Source of the DNA: Lepidodermella squamata
Lineage: Eukaryota; Animalia; Gastrotricha
Direction of reading: 5' to 3'
Assembly (NCBI GenBank): GCA_047495785.1
Contig: JBLDXI010000055.1
Coordinates: forward strand, 1,178,001-1,242,000
DNA: 64,000 nucleotides
In this document: one piece after another, positions 1 to 12,390 of the stretch
How the letters are laid out: the number at the start of each line of letters is the position of its first letter
Numbering within the stretch: position 1 is the first letter of the stretch
The notes under the pieces: generated by a model
What the model was told of the DNA's origin: nothing
Databases searched by the model: none
What the model saw: only the letters and a program-made list of their open reading frames with translations
Program-made: the position numbers and the translations under genes

Positions 1-2
1 TT

Positions 3-467
3 TTCTGAGAGCACATGGCTTGTCCAAGGTGTCCGAGCACCAGGCTCTAACATCTGACACTGACGCCTTGACACCTGACATTCTGATAAACTTGCTGCAG
101 GCCTATTCCATTCCGAGCTACTTCGTGATGCCAAAATTGAGCTTTCCGGCTTGTGTACTGGCTTTCTTGTCGTGAGCTTTCGTGCGAGTTGAGGGGTTAG
201 CTTGAAGTGTCCCGATGCGCGATAAGCATAAACGGCCCCTCGAAGAACTTTGAGTGTTTGAGTGATGGTACTCGAGCGAGACAATGATTGCTCTCTTACA
301 TCTTTCTGACCCGCGCTGATGTTGAGGTGACCCGGCTTCTCTATTTTGCGTTGTCCTACCGGGCGTAGGTGCGGGTTACATTTTCGGTTCGCGCTGTCTT
401 CGCTTTCGTCAAAAGCCGAAAGGATACAGACGCCCAGTCTGTGACTTGAAAAATCCGACAATAAAGT
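3..467 (-). CDS. Possible partial coding exon of unknown protein running off the left edge
   Basis: Stop-free minus frame of about 155 codons (RLGVCILSAFDESEDSANRK...HVLSE), S/R/K-rich, with a possible acceptor CACAG at 439-443. No recognisable domain, so it may be chance. Confidence 0.2.
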
Positions 468-1675
468 TTACTCGACACCAAAAATGTCACTGAATTTTAG
501 CAATTTAGGGAGGTTCAAGAAGGGCTCGATGGCCGTATATATTAAGATAGTTTCGAATTCGATATTGAATGGGCAAATGGCATTCGGTTTGCGGATATCA
601 GTGAGCTAGAAAAAGCTTTAAAAGCCAGGCTTTTAAACAGTAATGGCTCCTTTTTACGTCATAAGGTCCGGATTCTGCCTACCCGTGTTTTCGCCAATGT
701 CTGATGGAAAAGTTGTTCTCGCGAAAAGTATACTCTATTGCTAGATACTTGATACCGTTGACTAGGAACATGCAATTCCTGTTTGCCGTTCACTTGCTAA
801 GGCCAACTTTTGCTTTGAAACTAAAACCGTGGGCGCGGATGAAATGATGCAAGGATTCGTGCGTGTCTTTCACGGTTTTGTTTCAGGCTATTTTCCAATT
901 CAATCTCTTTTCAACGTTATTTTAATGCTAACGTTAAATGAATGTTTCATTAGATTCCAGCAGCTGCGCTGACTTGTTAAATTGATGGCGTTTAAATAGG
1001 CTACCTATATTGCTGCAACGCTTACCACTCTTACCACAAGCTCATCCCTGAAGGATTACGACAATTAACTTTTTGGAGTCACGGCAAACAAACAGTAGTT
1101 GGTGTACAAATTTTTATTGGCAGTTTAATGGGTAAAACAAACCAGATAAAAATGACTAAGTCAAAAAACACAAGTGTGACAAAATGTCCCATAGTAAAAG
1201 TTTTGAAGATTCTAATAACGCACCACGATTTCAACTCATTTTAAGGCATCGAAGGCCACATTAAAAGGCTATCATTGATACGTTTGATATAGCTGGGATA
1301 ATAAATGCGTTGCATGAAGCTTTAAGCGTTGATGCCGTGCGTTCACACATATTACACACATAGACAGACAGCGATCTTTGATTTCGAGAGGTCGATGAAA
1401 TCAAGACTTCAAACGCAACTTCGGTGATATCTCGCGCAGGTGTGTAGTCAATACAGACTAGAATAACTAAAATGATAGTTACATAAAAGGCGACATGACT
1501 TTTAAAATAAACAAAGAGAAGTAATAATGAGCTAAAAGTGGACAAAAGAAAAAGAATAACGATCTGAATTCGAAAAAGAGACCATTAAGACGAAATACTC
1601 ATCTTTGCAAAAAAATTATTGCTAAAAATTCGAGGAACGTATTAAAAAGATGTTCCTTTGTTCAACTCTTCTCAT

Positions 1676-2389
1676 TCAGAAGGAGGTCAGACCTTTGGTG
1701 TAAGCGAAGTAGACAGTAGCCCAAAATGCAAGGGCTGACGGGATGTAAGTGAGGGCGAACCCGAAGCAGCGCTTGGAAGGATACCCGAGGTAGAAAAAGA
1801 TTCGCCCCAAAACAAATAAAACGGCAGCTAGTGGGATGAATTTCATCTGATCACCATTCAGGTAAGTAGCCAGACCAAGGAGAACAGAGCTGTGGAGGAC
1901 GTACTGCTCCAACGTGTTTTGCAAGATTCGATTCGGAATATCGACAAGGCGTTCGTTACCGGAGAGAGGATTGATGGCACTGCTCGAGAAACGTTTGTAA
2001 GCTGCAAAGCAAGATGGTTTACATCATGGCTACAGTTTGATCGAAAGCAGCTAAAACTTACTGACGAATTTGACTGCAGCAGCCAGGGTAGCGCCAGACA
2101 GAAGAAGGCATCGCAAGGTGAAGGCAAGCCGTTCCGCAAGAGTTCCGGTAAATTTGAAGTCTACGCGATGCTGCACTGTGCAAAAACCACCGGCTATAAT
2201 CAAGCCAGCCAACAGAAACCAGCCAGTAGTGACAACTTGAAGTTTACGATGCGGAGACAGACTAGAGTAACAGCTCCAGCAACCCTTCGATTCGGAGGCA
2301 CCCTTGCGAGGTGAACCTGATGCGGCAGGTGTCGCGGCGCCACCGCGTGAAGTCGACGGAGTACGGCTGCGAGCACGGAGTTCCGGCAT
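1676..2389 (-). CDS. TMEM79-like (MAPEG superfamily) membrane protein, paralog A; 2 exons
   Basis: The spliced product contains LAERLAFTLRC, RFSSSAINPLSGNE, RILQNTLEQ and FVLGRIFFYLGY..RCFGF, the TMEM79/MAPEG pattern. One GT-AG intron joins ORFs 2051-2440 and 1676-1924. Confidence 0.75.
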
Positions 2390-2986
2390 TTCGTTTGTTT
2401 TTCTAATGAATATACTTGCAAAAGCTCTATGCAAAAACAAAATAAATTAGAAAAACCACAATTCAAGAGGTTACTAAGGCGCGAAACTTGTGGAAATTAA
2501 CCAAATCCGGATAATCTGCGCTCCATTGACAAAAATTAGTCATAGCTTGACCTGTTTCTGGTCATCCAGTGGTTTGACACACACTGAGGGCAGAAAGCTT
2601 TCATCAGACAAAAATACCAACAAAAATCCGATTAATATCCAGGATTGAAGCCAGGACCACGAAAGCGGATAGTTTATATATTATGTTATTAATTATACAA
2701 ATAACCAAGTGGTGATTCCAAGGATTTAAGGATTTCCTTGGCCAAACAGTAAAAATGACAGAATCGCGACGTCAACACCATCTACATTTCCACAATAAAT
2801 TGAAGTAAAAGTATGCAAAGGAAATCTGGAAAACTTTATTAATCGCATCGAGAATGCAGTAGTTAATCAATAAAATTCAAGCATAGAAGGGGGGTAGACT
2901 AGATTATCTCATTGGAAGCTGTTAATATGAAAGTTAATAGATCATGGCACAACCTGATTGAGGTGCATCAAAAATCATCCTCGCTT

Positions 2987-3637
2987 TCAAAACGCGGCAA
3001 TACCATTGTGATAAAGCTTGAAAATGACCGAAACAAGAGTGAATGCGATAGGTGCGAACGTAATCGTAAAGCCAATAGACCGCGCTTTGAAATGAATACG
3101 ATAACCAATCGCGAAGATCACGCGACCAATGACAAATAGCGCCGCGGAAAATGGAATAAACTTGACTTCAGCGTCGTTTACCACTGTTGCCAACGCCAAT
3201 AAAGCGAAACTATGAAGAATATACTAACCAAAAATGATTGAATACTACTTAAATTATTTTAGCCCTATCTTACTTGCTCAAGAGTATTTTGAAGAATCTT
3301 AGCTCTCCATTCCACTAATTTTTCATTACCAGACAACGGATTCATAGCTGCCGACGAGAAGCGACCCATCGCTAACATCAATGGAGTGAAGAAAATTATA
3401 TTTTCATCGATGTTTCTAAGACATACCAACAGCACCAAGCGAGGCTATCAACGGGACAGCTGAAATAGCCAGGCACCTGATAGTGAAAGCCAGTTTCCGC
3501 TCTAAAGAATTGACCGTCGGAAAGGGATAATCTGTGTCTTGCACATGGCGGTAGAGAGCACTTAAAAGACCAAACCCAACAGCCAATTGAATGATAACAG
3601 GGATTCTCTGGCGAAGGTAACCCTTTTCATTCGACAT
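2987..3637 (-). CDS. TMEM79-like (MAPEG superfamily) membrane protein, paralog B; 3 exons
   Basis: LERKLAFTIRC, RFSSAAMNPLSGNE, KILQNTLEQ and FVIGRVIFAIGY..RSIGF; clearly paralogous to the adjacent gene; GT-AG introns. Confidence 0.75.
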
Positions 3638-5270
3638 AATTTCTTGGTTTTAAACAATGCCTAAAGTGCGCATCAAGTTAATCTCACAGATCTCAGCAGA
3701 TAATGAAGGAGAGAAGGCACAGTTTATAGATATGGTCTAAAAATGCATCGTTGTGGCAATTACAGACCAGAAAAAACGTAATGAAGAAGCATTTCTTCAC
3801 GCGCGTTATGAAATCATTGCTCTAGTTAGATTATAGGGTATAAATAGAATGTCTTCTGAAAACTGCATTATCTAATGAAAGGGTGTGCATTCGTTGCGAA
3901 ATTAGGATAGATGTTCGCAGGTGATAAAAACGCTTCTCGTATCGCCGTAATATAGCAGCAGTAAACAAAAACAATGAGCGCGACGCACGATTAACCCGTA
4001 TTGCCTACGAAGCATATGTTCTGCGATGTAAAACAACCATTAGCTAGGCTCGGGTATAGCTCAGTGTATTATTACAGACCCGATGTGGCAAGCTTTTTGT
4101 TGCGGCCGCAAGATTAAATAGGAGAACACTGCATCCGCTAATCGTTGTTATTACTCCCACTAACACGAAGTCTGCATGTGGATGACCTAAGGATAGCCGC
4201 CACAGTACTGCTCCTGTTTCCAGAATACGTACACTATATGTTTACTATATCTACATCAACTACCGCTACAGACACGCAAATGTCATTCGTCATGCTTTTT
4301 ATTCAGTTCACTGCAGACGATGAGGATGCACCACCACTGTTTTTCCCTTCTTCATGGCAACAACTGAGTGTAGCGTGATCTCCAACGAGCAGCTAATTAA
4401 GTAACTCGCGCAGTAAGTTTTTTGTACGCGAATAATCAATTGAAATGATTACCTTACCCGCTACATTTAATGATTCCAATATTTTCACAAGAATGGGTAA
4501 TAGAAATGGATCACAGCTCATTTGATAGCGGGTCTGATAATCAATTTCAAGCTTTTTGCGACCTAGCACCGATTTTACTTATATGCGCGTCGTTGTCAAA
4601 AAGTCACGCGCTTCGGCACTCGCGGCCTCCGGCGTGATAAAATAATAAATGTGTGAACACGGCAGTAATTTTTTCATTTTATCAACGCAAATACAACTCA
4701 TAGAGCGGAGGCGACAGAGTTTCGACAGCAGTGGTGGCGATGAGGCAAAGTACGCGTAATATTGATTTTCAACAATGTGATGGACGACGCTGAGTGAAGT
4801 GCGACGACGCGGCTATAATATATTACAAAATCGATGAAGCGGCCGCTCAGAAACGCGCTGCGAGGGAGGCGAACAGGGCCTTGAATGTGCATATATAAAA
4901 AATTTCACTAACGCAGAGCAGACGCCACGAAGCAAAGGGATGGCGCAGCTGCGGATCAATATTCAAATGCCCCGCGCGGCGTGCTCTGTAGCCCACCACT
5001 AAGTCCCTCAGCCTGAACAAGCAACGGCATATGAAATAAAACTGTATCAATCAGAACGCCCATTATTTGCGCATAACCATATAATAAGAATTAAACCCCA
5101 TATAATTGCATAATAACGCAGCTTCCACAACAACAAAAAACCATTTGCCTCTCGAAAATAATCGACTTTGTCTACAGATATCGAAAACTGTCTTTATATA
5201 GGTTTTATAACACAATAGAAATTAAATAAACGGATATACTGCTACTTCAACAAGGCCGTTGGCGCACACA

Positions 5271-7504
5271 ATGTCGGTAGTTTTCAACGCGCTTCGATAC
5301 ACCGTGCGCGCTACCACGCGCCGAAAAGCTATCAGCTTCTCCGACCTTGACAACACGGAACTGCGACGATGCCTGTCAATTGCAGAACTGACGTTCTTGG
5401 GAATCGGATCTACGATAGGTTCAGGCCTGTATGTGATCAGCGGTCAAGTCGCGCGAGAACAGGCCGGACCTGCAGTAGTGATATCCTACGTCATTGCCAT
5501 GATTGCTTGTATTTTGTCAGCGATTTGCTACGCCGAATTCACCGTTCGCATCCCTCGATCAGGCAGTTCTTATACCTATTGCTATGTCACGGTTGGAGAG
5601 CTAATCGGGTTCATCGTGGGATGGAATGTGATATTTGAAAACATCATTGGCTTCGCTTCCGTTGCGAAAGCTTGGTCTCGTTATCTCGATTCTTTTACGA
5701 ATGACACAATTAAGAGAGCCCTGGAGGAACAAATCGTCACTATTGACGCACCAGGCCTCGACAGCTACGTTGATTTCCTAGCCTTCGGTCTAGTTATAGC
5801 TTTTACCGTCGTAGCGGCAATAGGTGTTCGGGTAAGCATCATATAAAACTGACGATAGAGATTTTACTTGGCTTCCATAGATAACATCTGCTGCGAATTT
5901 TTTCTTCACCATAGTCAACATTGTCGTCATCGTAATCGTCATCGGTGTAGGTGCGTTTTATGCAAAGCCCAAGAATTGGAGCAACTTCGCACCCTTTGGG
6001 TTCAGCGGGGTCAGTTTGCCAAATCATTGAAATCGAATAATGCATTCATGATTTTAATTGATAGATATTGCAAGGATCTGGCCGATGCTTTTATGCCATG
6101 ATCGGTTTCGACATAATCGCAAGTTCCAGTGAGGAAACGCGCGACCGTTTATCAATCGTAAGAAAAGAAACAAAAGAAAATGTGACATATGACTTCCTTT
6201 TATTTCAGCCGAAAGCCATGCTACTAACGCTATTCGTCTGCTTCCTAGTAAGAATCGACCCTATTCTAACAGTTTTCAGTTTTAAACAATTACTTGGTTT
6301 TAGTTTTACTTCTCAACTTCCACTGTACTAACACTGATGGGTAAATCTAACGAATCTATTGATCAGCCACTGAGATGACACTTTTGTTGCAATTTCAGTC
6401 CCATGGTACGAATTGGACGTTAATGCACCGCTAGCCAAAGCGTTTCAAACCGCTGGAGTTGAATGGGCCCAATATTTGATCGCGATTGGAGCGATTTGCG
6501 CACTGAGCGCTTCAATTTTGGGCTCGGTCTTTTCGGCAGCTAGGACCACGTATTCGATGGCACAAGATGGTCTCATTTTCAAATTTCTCAGCCGAGTGAC
6601 TAGCTTTTCAAATACACCAATAATCGCAACGGCAATCGTTGGCTTCCTAGGCGCCGTTTTAGCAATGTTCATTGATCTGACGAGTTTAGTAGAAATGATG
6701 TCAATTGGGACGTTGCTCGCTTACACATTGGTCGCAGCCAGTGTATTAGTTCTGCGCTACCAAGACTGGTCGGTTGGAATAGTCGCAGAGCCTGAAGGAT
6801 CTCAGTTGCAACGCGAGGCTAAATCCTACGATTCAATCAAAGGACTGGACCATGAGCCTCATGAAATGGATAGTTTCAGCATTCCAACTTCCGTTTCCGG
6901 ATTCAAAAGATTACGAAAAAGTCTTCGAAAAGTGTTTTGTCCTTTCCAGTTTTGTCCAGTCCCCAACGAACAAACAGCCCGTATCGCAAGAATCGCCACA
7001 TTCACGTTTTGCTGCTGTGCTACAATGTCAGCAGTTTTCGCTGTTAAATGCTGGGATCACATAGTCCAAGGAAGTGGGTGGGCTATTTGCATTCTTGTGA
7101 TTTGTATCGCTACCATGCTAGCACACTGGGCACTATTTTGCACACTGCCGCAAAACCCGACAAAGCTTCATTACAAAGTACCTCTCATGCCATTGTGGGC
7201 ACTAGTTTCACTAGCCCTCAACATCTACATAATGATAACGCTATCGCCTCTAACTTGGCTACGAGTAGCTGTATGGCAACTAATCGGTAATTCTTTCTTA
7301 GAATAATGCAAAGGGGCTATTAATCATTATTTTCATTCGTAATTAGGATTCATCATATACTTTGCGTACGGAATTCGCCACAGTTCCGAGCGACCACCAA
7401 GTGTTGATGACGACCAAGAAATGATAATAGCTAACGAAGAGCGAGCTGATAATGCCAACAACGGACAGGCCAAAGACGACAAGCCAATACAAGAAACGAA
7501 GTAA
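5271..7504 (+). CDS. Cationic amino acid transporter (SLC7A1-4/14, CAT family); 7 exons
   Basis: LRRCLS..ELTFLGIGSTIGSGLYV, AGPAVVIS, CYAEF..RIPRSGSSYTY, CFYAMIGFD, LVEMMSIGTLLAYTLVA, YKVPLMP and a final exon GFIIYFAYGIRHS. Confidence 0.93.
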
Positions 7505-8406
7505 CGCAACATTCTTTATAGCGCATGCGCTGATATGCTATTTGTCGATTTTCGAATTTGTAATTTGCAAAACGCTGTTTTATGTCAAACTTACCTTGAT
7601 ACCGTTGTTTGCGTGCACTTTTTGTCCGACGTCAAGCACAAAAAATAAAGTTGGAGTTTCGCTAAGTAATAGTCATTCCTTTAAATAAGACCTAGAAAGA
7701 CAAGAAAACAAATCAATTTGTGTAAACCGAGTGCCCGAACCAAGTATTTTAATGATTTTTAAATACCATTATTTGTAACATCACAATATAATTACTTTGA
7801 ATAATGTCGAAATAATTCATTTGGAATTCGAGGGCGGAATGGTCGAAATAAATAGCTCTAAAACATTGTCATATCAATTTTTACACAACGTCAGTTGAAG
7901 CAGATCCAATAGATGATACATCCAAGTAAATATATTAGAAGTCATATAAAGTCACCAATTTGCACGTATATCGAAGATGTTAGCACAGCCATAGTTCATC
8001 TTATAATATAAGTGTCATTCTTACACCAGAATAAAAATAATAACTTAAAGCATAATTTAAATGCCGATTCGAAACAATGCTGACATTTGGCAAAGCAGGG
8101 TCGCAAACCGAGCTCGGTTGATGCTCCGATTATATTTGCAGTCTAATGCATGAGCAAGGAAGTCCACCAGTATAATAATTTATTCCCTGAGACGAGCTAG
8201 CACGGAAGACTTGACGAGGTTTAAATAAAGCTTAAACAACGTCTACGACTTGGATCCAGGCAACACCAGATATTATCAGATTCGGCATGAAAGACGCAGC
8301 CATCCAATTATCGCCTAGTTTATATTGCTGTTGACGGTTACATCGACATGATATTTTTTGAAGAGACGCATGACTATGAGAAGTAAGACTTCGGTCATCA
8401 TTCTGT

Positions 8407-10390
8407 TTAATAAAACTTCGGTTTTTCATTGCGCGACTTAAAGAGAACGTAGCCGGCAAACAGGCAGAACTGGGCGATGACAAACACAACAAAATAAATC
8501 GGGGTGAGGCAGTTGGTCACGGGGCAGGCGACCGGCGCGGCTGAGGGCGCTGCTTGAGGCATTGGCCGCGCAGCAATCTGATCTACTACTCGTCGAACAC
8601 CATTCACGTGATCGCGCAACTCAACGATACCAGCCGTGAGTTGAGCATTGGCGGCTCCACCCTGTTGTTGACCGCCACCCTGACCCATTTGAGCTAACTG
8701 AGCCAATTGCTGTTGCTGCTGTTGTACTGTGAATACAACCGATTTCATTTGCCCCAATTCATTCATGAGCTCGCGTTGGGTGTTCAAAAGTTGATCAACC
8801 TCGTGCCGCTTCATCCCATCCAAGCCCAGTTGTTGATGTTGTTGAGTACCAGCTGGTTGTTGAGGCAGGCCTTGCTGCTGTTGCTGCGGCTGGCCTGGTT
8901 GTTGAGCCATTTGGTAGACCGAGCGAGCCAACTGCTCTTGTCTGCCGTACATTTCGTCCAATTTTCGATCAACGGTTTGTAGAGTTCGAAGCAAAATAGT
9001 CTGGCTTTGGTAGATATTACGAAGTTCACGCTGAGCCCAATCTTCAGCACCTTCATCGCCTTCTTGTTCCTGACTGCCGTGTTGATCTGGGTGCTCTTTT
9101 TTGTAGTCTTCCCGCAACTTCTCAACTTCCTCAGTCATTTTATCGTATTTCTGCGAGAGACGAGCACGTTCTTCCTCGGACATCTCAGCATCAGCTGACG
9201 AAGGCGGATGAGCTGTCTCACGAGCCAGCTCGTGAACCAACAGAGCAAGCACGTCATGATCATCGGCCAAACCCCCGGTAGCGGCACTGACACCAAAACG
9301 GCCAGGCAATGGCAAATACACGTTATCAGCGCGGAAGCAAAGCTCGTAGCCAGCATTGGGATCTTTCGGATCCGGCGCAGTCAGTCCTTGGTTTATGTAG
9401 ACCTATGAAACATGAAGTCAAGGACTATTCGCAAAGCCGGATTTGATTACTTACTGTGAGAACGTTGTCCAAGTAAGAAATGCGTGCGCGAATAGGGTGG
9501 GGTTTATTACGGAAATCACGAATGCATTGACCAACGCCCTGTCGACCACCATCACTGAACAGAAAATGCATGTGAAATCGGCAAATTATTGAGAAATATC
9601 TCACTTTTTATGATCGTATTCCTTCGCACCGTCGTTGACGATTCCCATAATGATCGGGTTATTTTGGAGACCATCGTTATCATAGGAGTCGAAGAATACA
9701 CCCAGGCCTTGCCACCGATCGGCAGCACCGAAAACTGTTCCATCAATTAATGGGCTAGAGGTGTACCAAAACGCCTATTGAGGGAAAAAGTTAGGGTCTC
9801 AATTCGGATATCGCTCAGTAGGCATACCAATCCATCTGGATATAAGACAAGTTTACAAACAAATCATTTTGATTTGGAAATTGTTACCTGCTCCCAAGCG
9901 GCCGCGGCCAGTGATTCGAAAAACAAAGTCGACCTGATAGTGTAATGAGGTTTAAATATATTTGCAAACAAAGACAAGCAGAAGCAAAACAAACCTCCCA
10001 ATTTCGGAATGTAACATCAGTCTTACAGCCCGCGCGGCCTAGAGCAGTCGTAAGAATGGTGCGAAATCATTAAAACAAACACCACAGAATGAATTACCTC
10101 GTTTGCTCTTAAGCGAAGGGACAACTCGCAATGACTCTTCACCAGCAATGGCGTCTGCAAATAGAGAACGTGAGGAGATGAGTAAACACCCTCACTGACA
10201 ATAGTAGGCCAATGCAAGACAAACCTCCTTCGACACTCCAGTAAGGAATCTGGCCATCGCGAGAAGCCAACTGCGGTCCCTTAAAGCTGTGTTTATATTG
10301 AAAGCGGCGTGTCAGAGGTGGCCCGCCCTGCGCAAGTACAGTCGCGATGACACAACACAGCAAAAGAGAACCAACAAGTAGACACTTCAT
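8407..10390 (-). CDS. LMAN1: ERGIC-53 / L-type lectin cargo receptor; 8 exons including an 8-nt micro-exon
   Basis: Signal peptide; RRFQYKHSFKGP, GRGRLGADGLAFWY, GLGVFFDSYDND, CIRDFRNKPHP, FGVSAATGGLADDHDV; Q-rich coiled-coil stalk, Cys pair, TM helix and C-terminal KPKFY. Confidence 0.95.
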
Positions 10391-10529
10391 TTAAAATTGA
10401 AAAATCTATGCACAAAAAAGTCCAACTGTGTAAATTCAAAAATTGGGCATCAATATCAAGCATCAATCACAAAAAAATTGAATAGAAATAAATTAATGAT
10501 TTCACTCATAAATTTCGATCAAAAAGTTG

Positions 10530-12120
10530 TTATCGCTGTAACAAACTGACAAGCTCAATCGCTGTTCGCTGTTCCGCTATGTCTATAATCAGTTTTTTCG
10601 ATGAGTCAGGCTTATCTGGCCTATAAACGAGCTGAACTCGAACAATTTGTTTAGAGCCCGTAACCGTGCTAGCATCTGCCCCGACAAGTTTGCAAGACTC
10701 GATGGTCGCTTTCACAATGCTTTTGGGCGTCGACTTTGACGTACCCGGTTCCTTTTGATTCAAATACACCGTATCGGAATCAACCACTTCAAACACAAAA
10801 CAAGCCTAGAAAGTTGTTCGCAAATATTCAAGTTTTAACAAACCCAGTTCGACCTCTACTGGTTTGCCCTTCGCTCGCTCAACCGAAACTTGAAAGACGT
10901 GGCCACGAGTAGTTGCATCGCCCGAATTCCGCCCAGAAAACGACCCTGACTTACCACCATCGATTTTATCATCACTCACCGGGTTGCAATACTTGCGATG
11001 CACCCGAAAATTCAAGCAACCTATTCGACCAATAGTCATAGTTTCGAGGTTTTCGATGAAACGACCGGGCTGCGATTCAGCTTCGAGCGTGAAATTTGAT
11101 TCTAAAATCGTAAATTAGAAAACTGACTCGCTTTAATCAGGTTAAAGATTACTATCAGGAACGTCCACTATCATTTCTCCAGAATCGATCACTTTTTCAA
11201 AATATAATTCGAGGAGTTTTGCGAGGGTGACATCTTTCGAGTCGACAGAAAGTTGATGTTCCCCATAACTAAAATGGCTCATGGTGATGATGAGCTGTGA
11301 CGGTAATATCCGAGCAGAACGCGGCGTGGTAGAAGAGGATCGAGTGGATTTATCTTTGGCGAAGACAAGAGGGATATATATCAACGCCATCGAAGAAAAC
11401 CCATATTTCGACAATGGTTCAAGGGGGTCGAATGGTGGAATGCCAAAATCGACTTCTCCATCATCTGCGGAAACTAGGGCATAATGGGATATTTCCAAAT
11501 CTCTGAAAATAATTACTTTTGCACGAGATTTCAAGGTGGAGTTTTGAAGCTTACGTCAAATTTGGTTCTCGCTGTTCAGCGAAGTATTGCCACAATATTA
11601 AGCCAGTCAAGTCATAAATTTTAGCATTCATCATGTTGACATAAACCGTCATCGGACCGCTTTCCACGGGCTCGCGACCGGTCAAAAATATTGATATAGT
11701 AAGCGACTTGACCCCTGGGCATATCGCTACCTGGGCACCAGCCAATTGGGCAGAAAAACGTCCGAATCGATGAAAAGGGTTAGAAAAATGATTAGCCAGA
11801 GCCTCATTCAAAGTTGGTAAATTATTTGGAGCAGTTTCGTTAAGAATTTCGTCATTGTGAACGTCCGTTTCAGAGTAAAATTCGTCCATGGATAGTTGAC
11901 CCAAAGCACTCAAATAGTGGGTAGTAGTTGATGTGCCGTGTTTATTCGTAGCAAATCGGTCCCCAAATCCATCCTTCAAATCGTCAGCATCGGGGAGAGC
12001 GATGGGGGGACTGTGCCTAATGGCAGATTCGTCTAGCGATTGCTCGCATTGACCACTTTCATCACCTTGAATGAAACAATGCCGGATATGTCGCAGAAGT
12101 ATTTGAGAATCGTCAAACAT
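10530..12120 (-). CDS. MAPKAP1: SIN1, TORC2 subunit; 4 exons
   Basis: N-terminus MFDDSQILLRHIRHCFIQGDESGQCE, CRIM-domain motifs NPFHRFGRF, DLTGLILWQY and ADDGEVDFGIPPFDPLEPLSKYGFSSMAL, and a C-terminal PH-like region. Confidence 0.88.
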
Positions 12121-12390
12121 TGTGACGATAAAAATCTATAAAAGAAAATGTCATCATCACCATTAAACCACGTTTTTCAAATAGCAACCATTTTGCGGAA
12201 TAAATAAATACGAGAAAGTGAATCGTATCACGTTAAATTCACAACTTAAAATCGCAACAAATTTGTAAAGAAGCAACATCACCAGTCACGACTGATAAAT
12301 TAAAACGAATCATTGGTAGTAGCAAGGATAAGCTAGAATAAAATCAGTATGTCAACAAAGTCATTTTTCAAGTTTTTCAGTTGTCAACTG

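Noticed and set aside
1261-1545. 94-aa minus-strand ORF with a hydrophobic start
   Set aside because: Starts at TTG, has AT-rich UTR-like composition, no motif and no supporting splice structure.
4051-4082. GGGTATAGCTCAGTG resembles a tRNA 5' half / A-box
   Set aside because: No GTTCRA T-loop or cloverleaf follows; only a small CGGGT/ACCCG hairpin.
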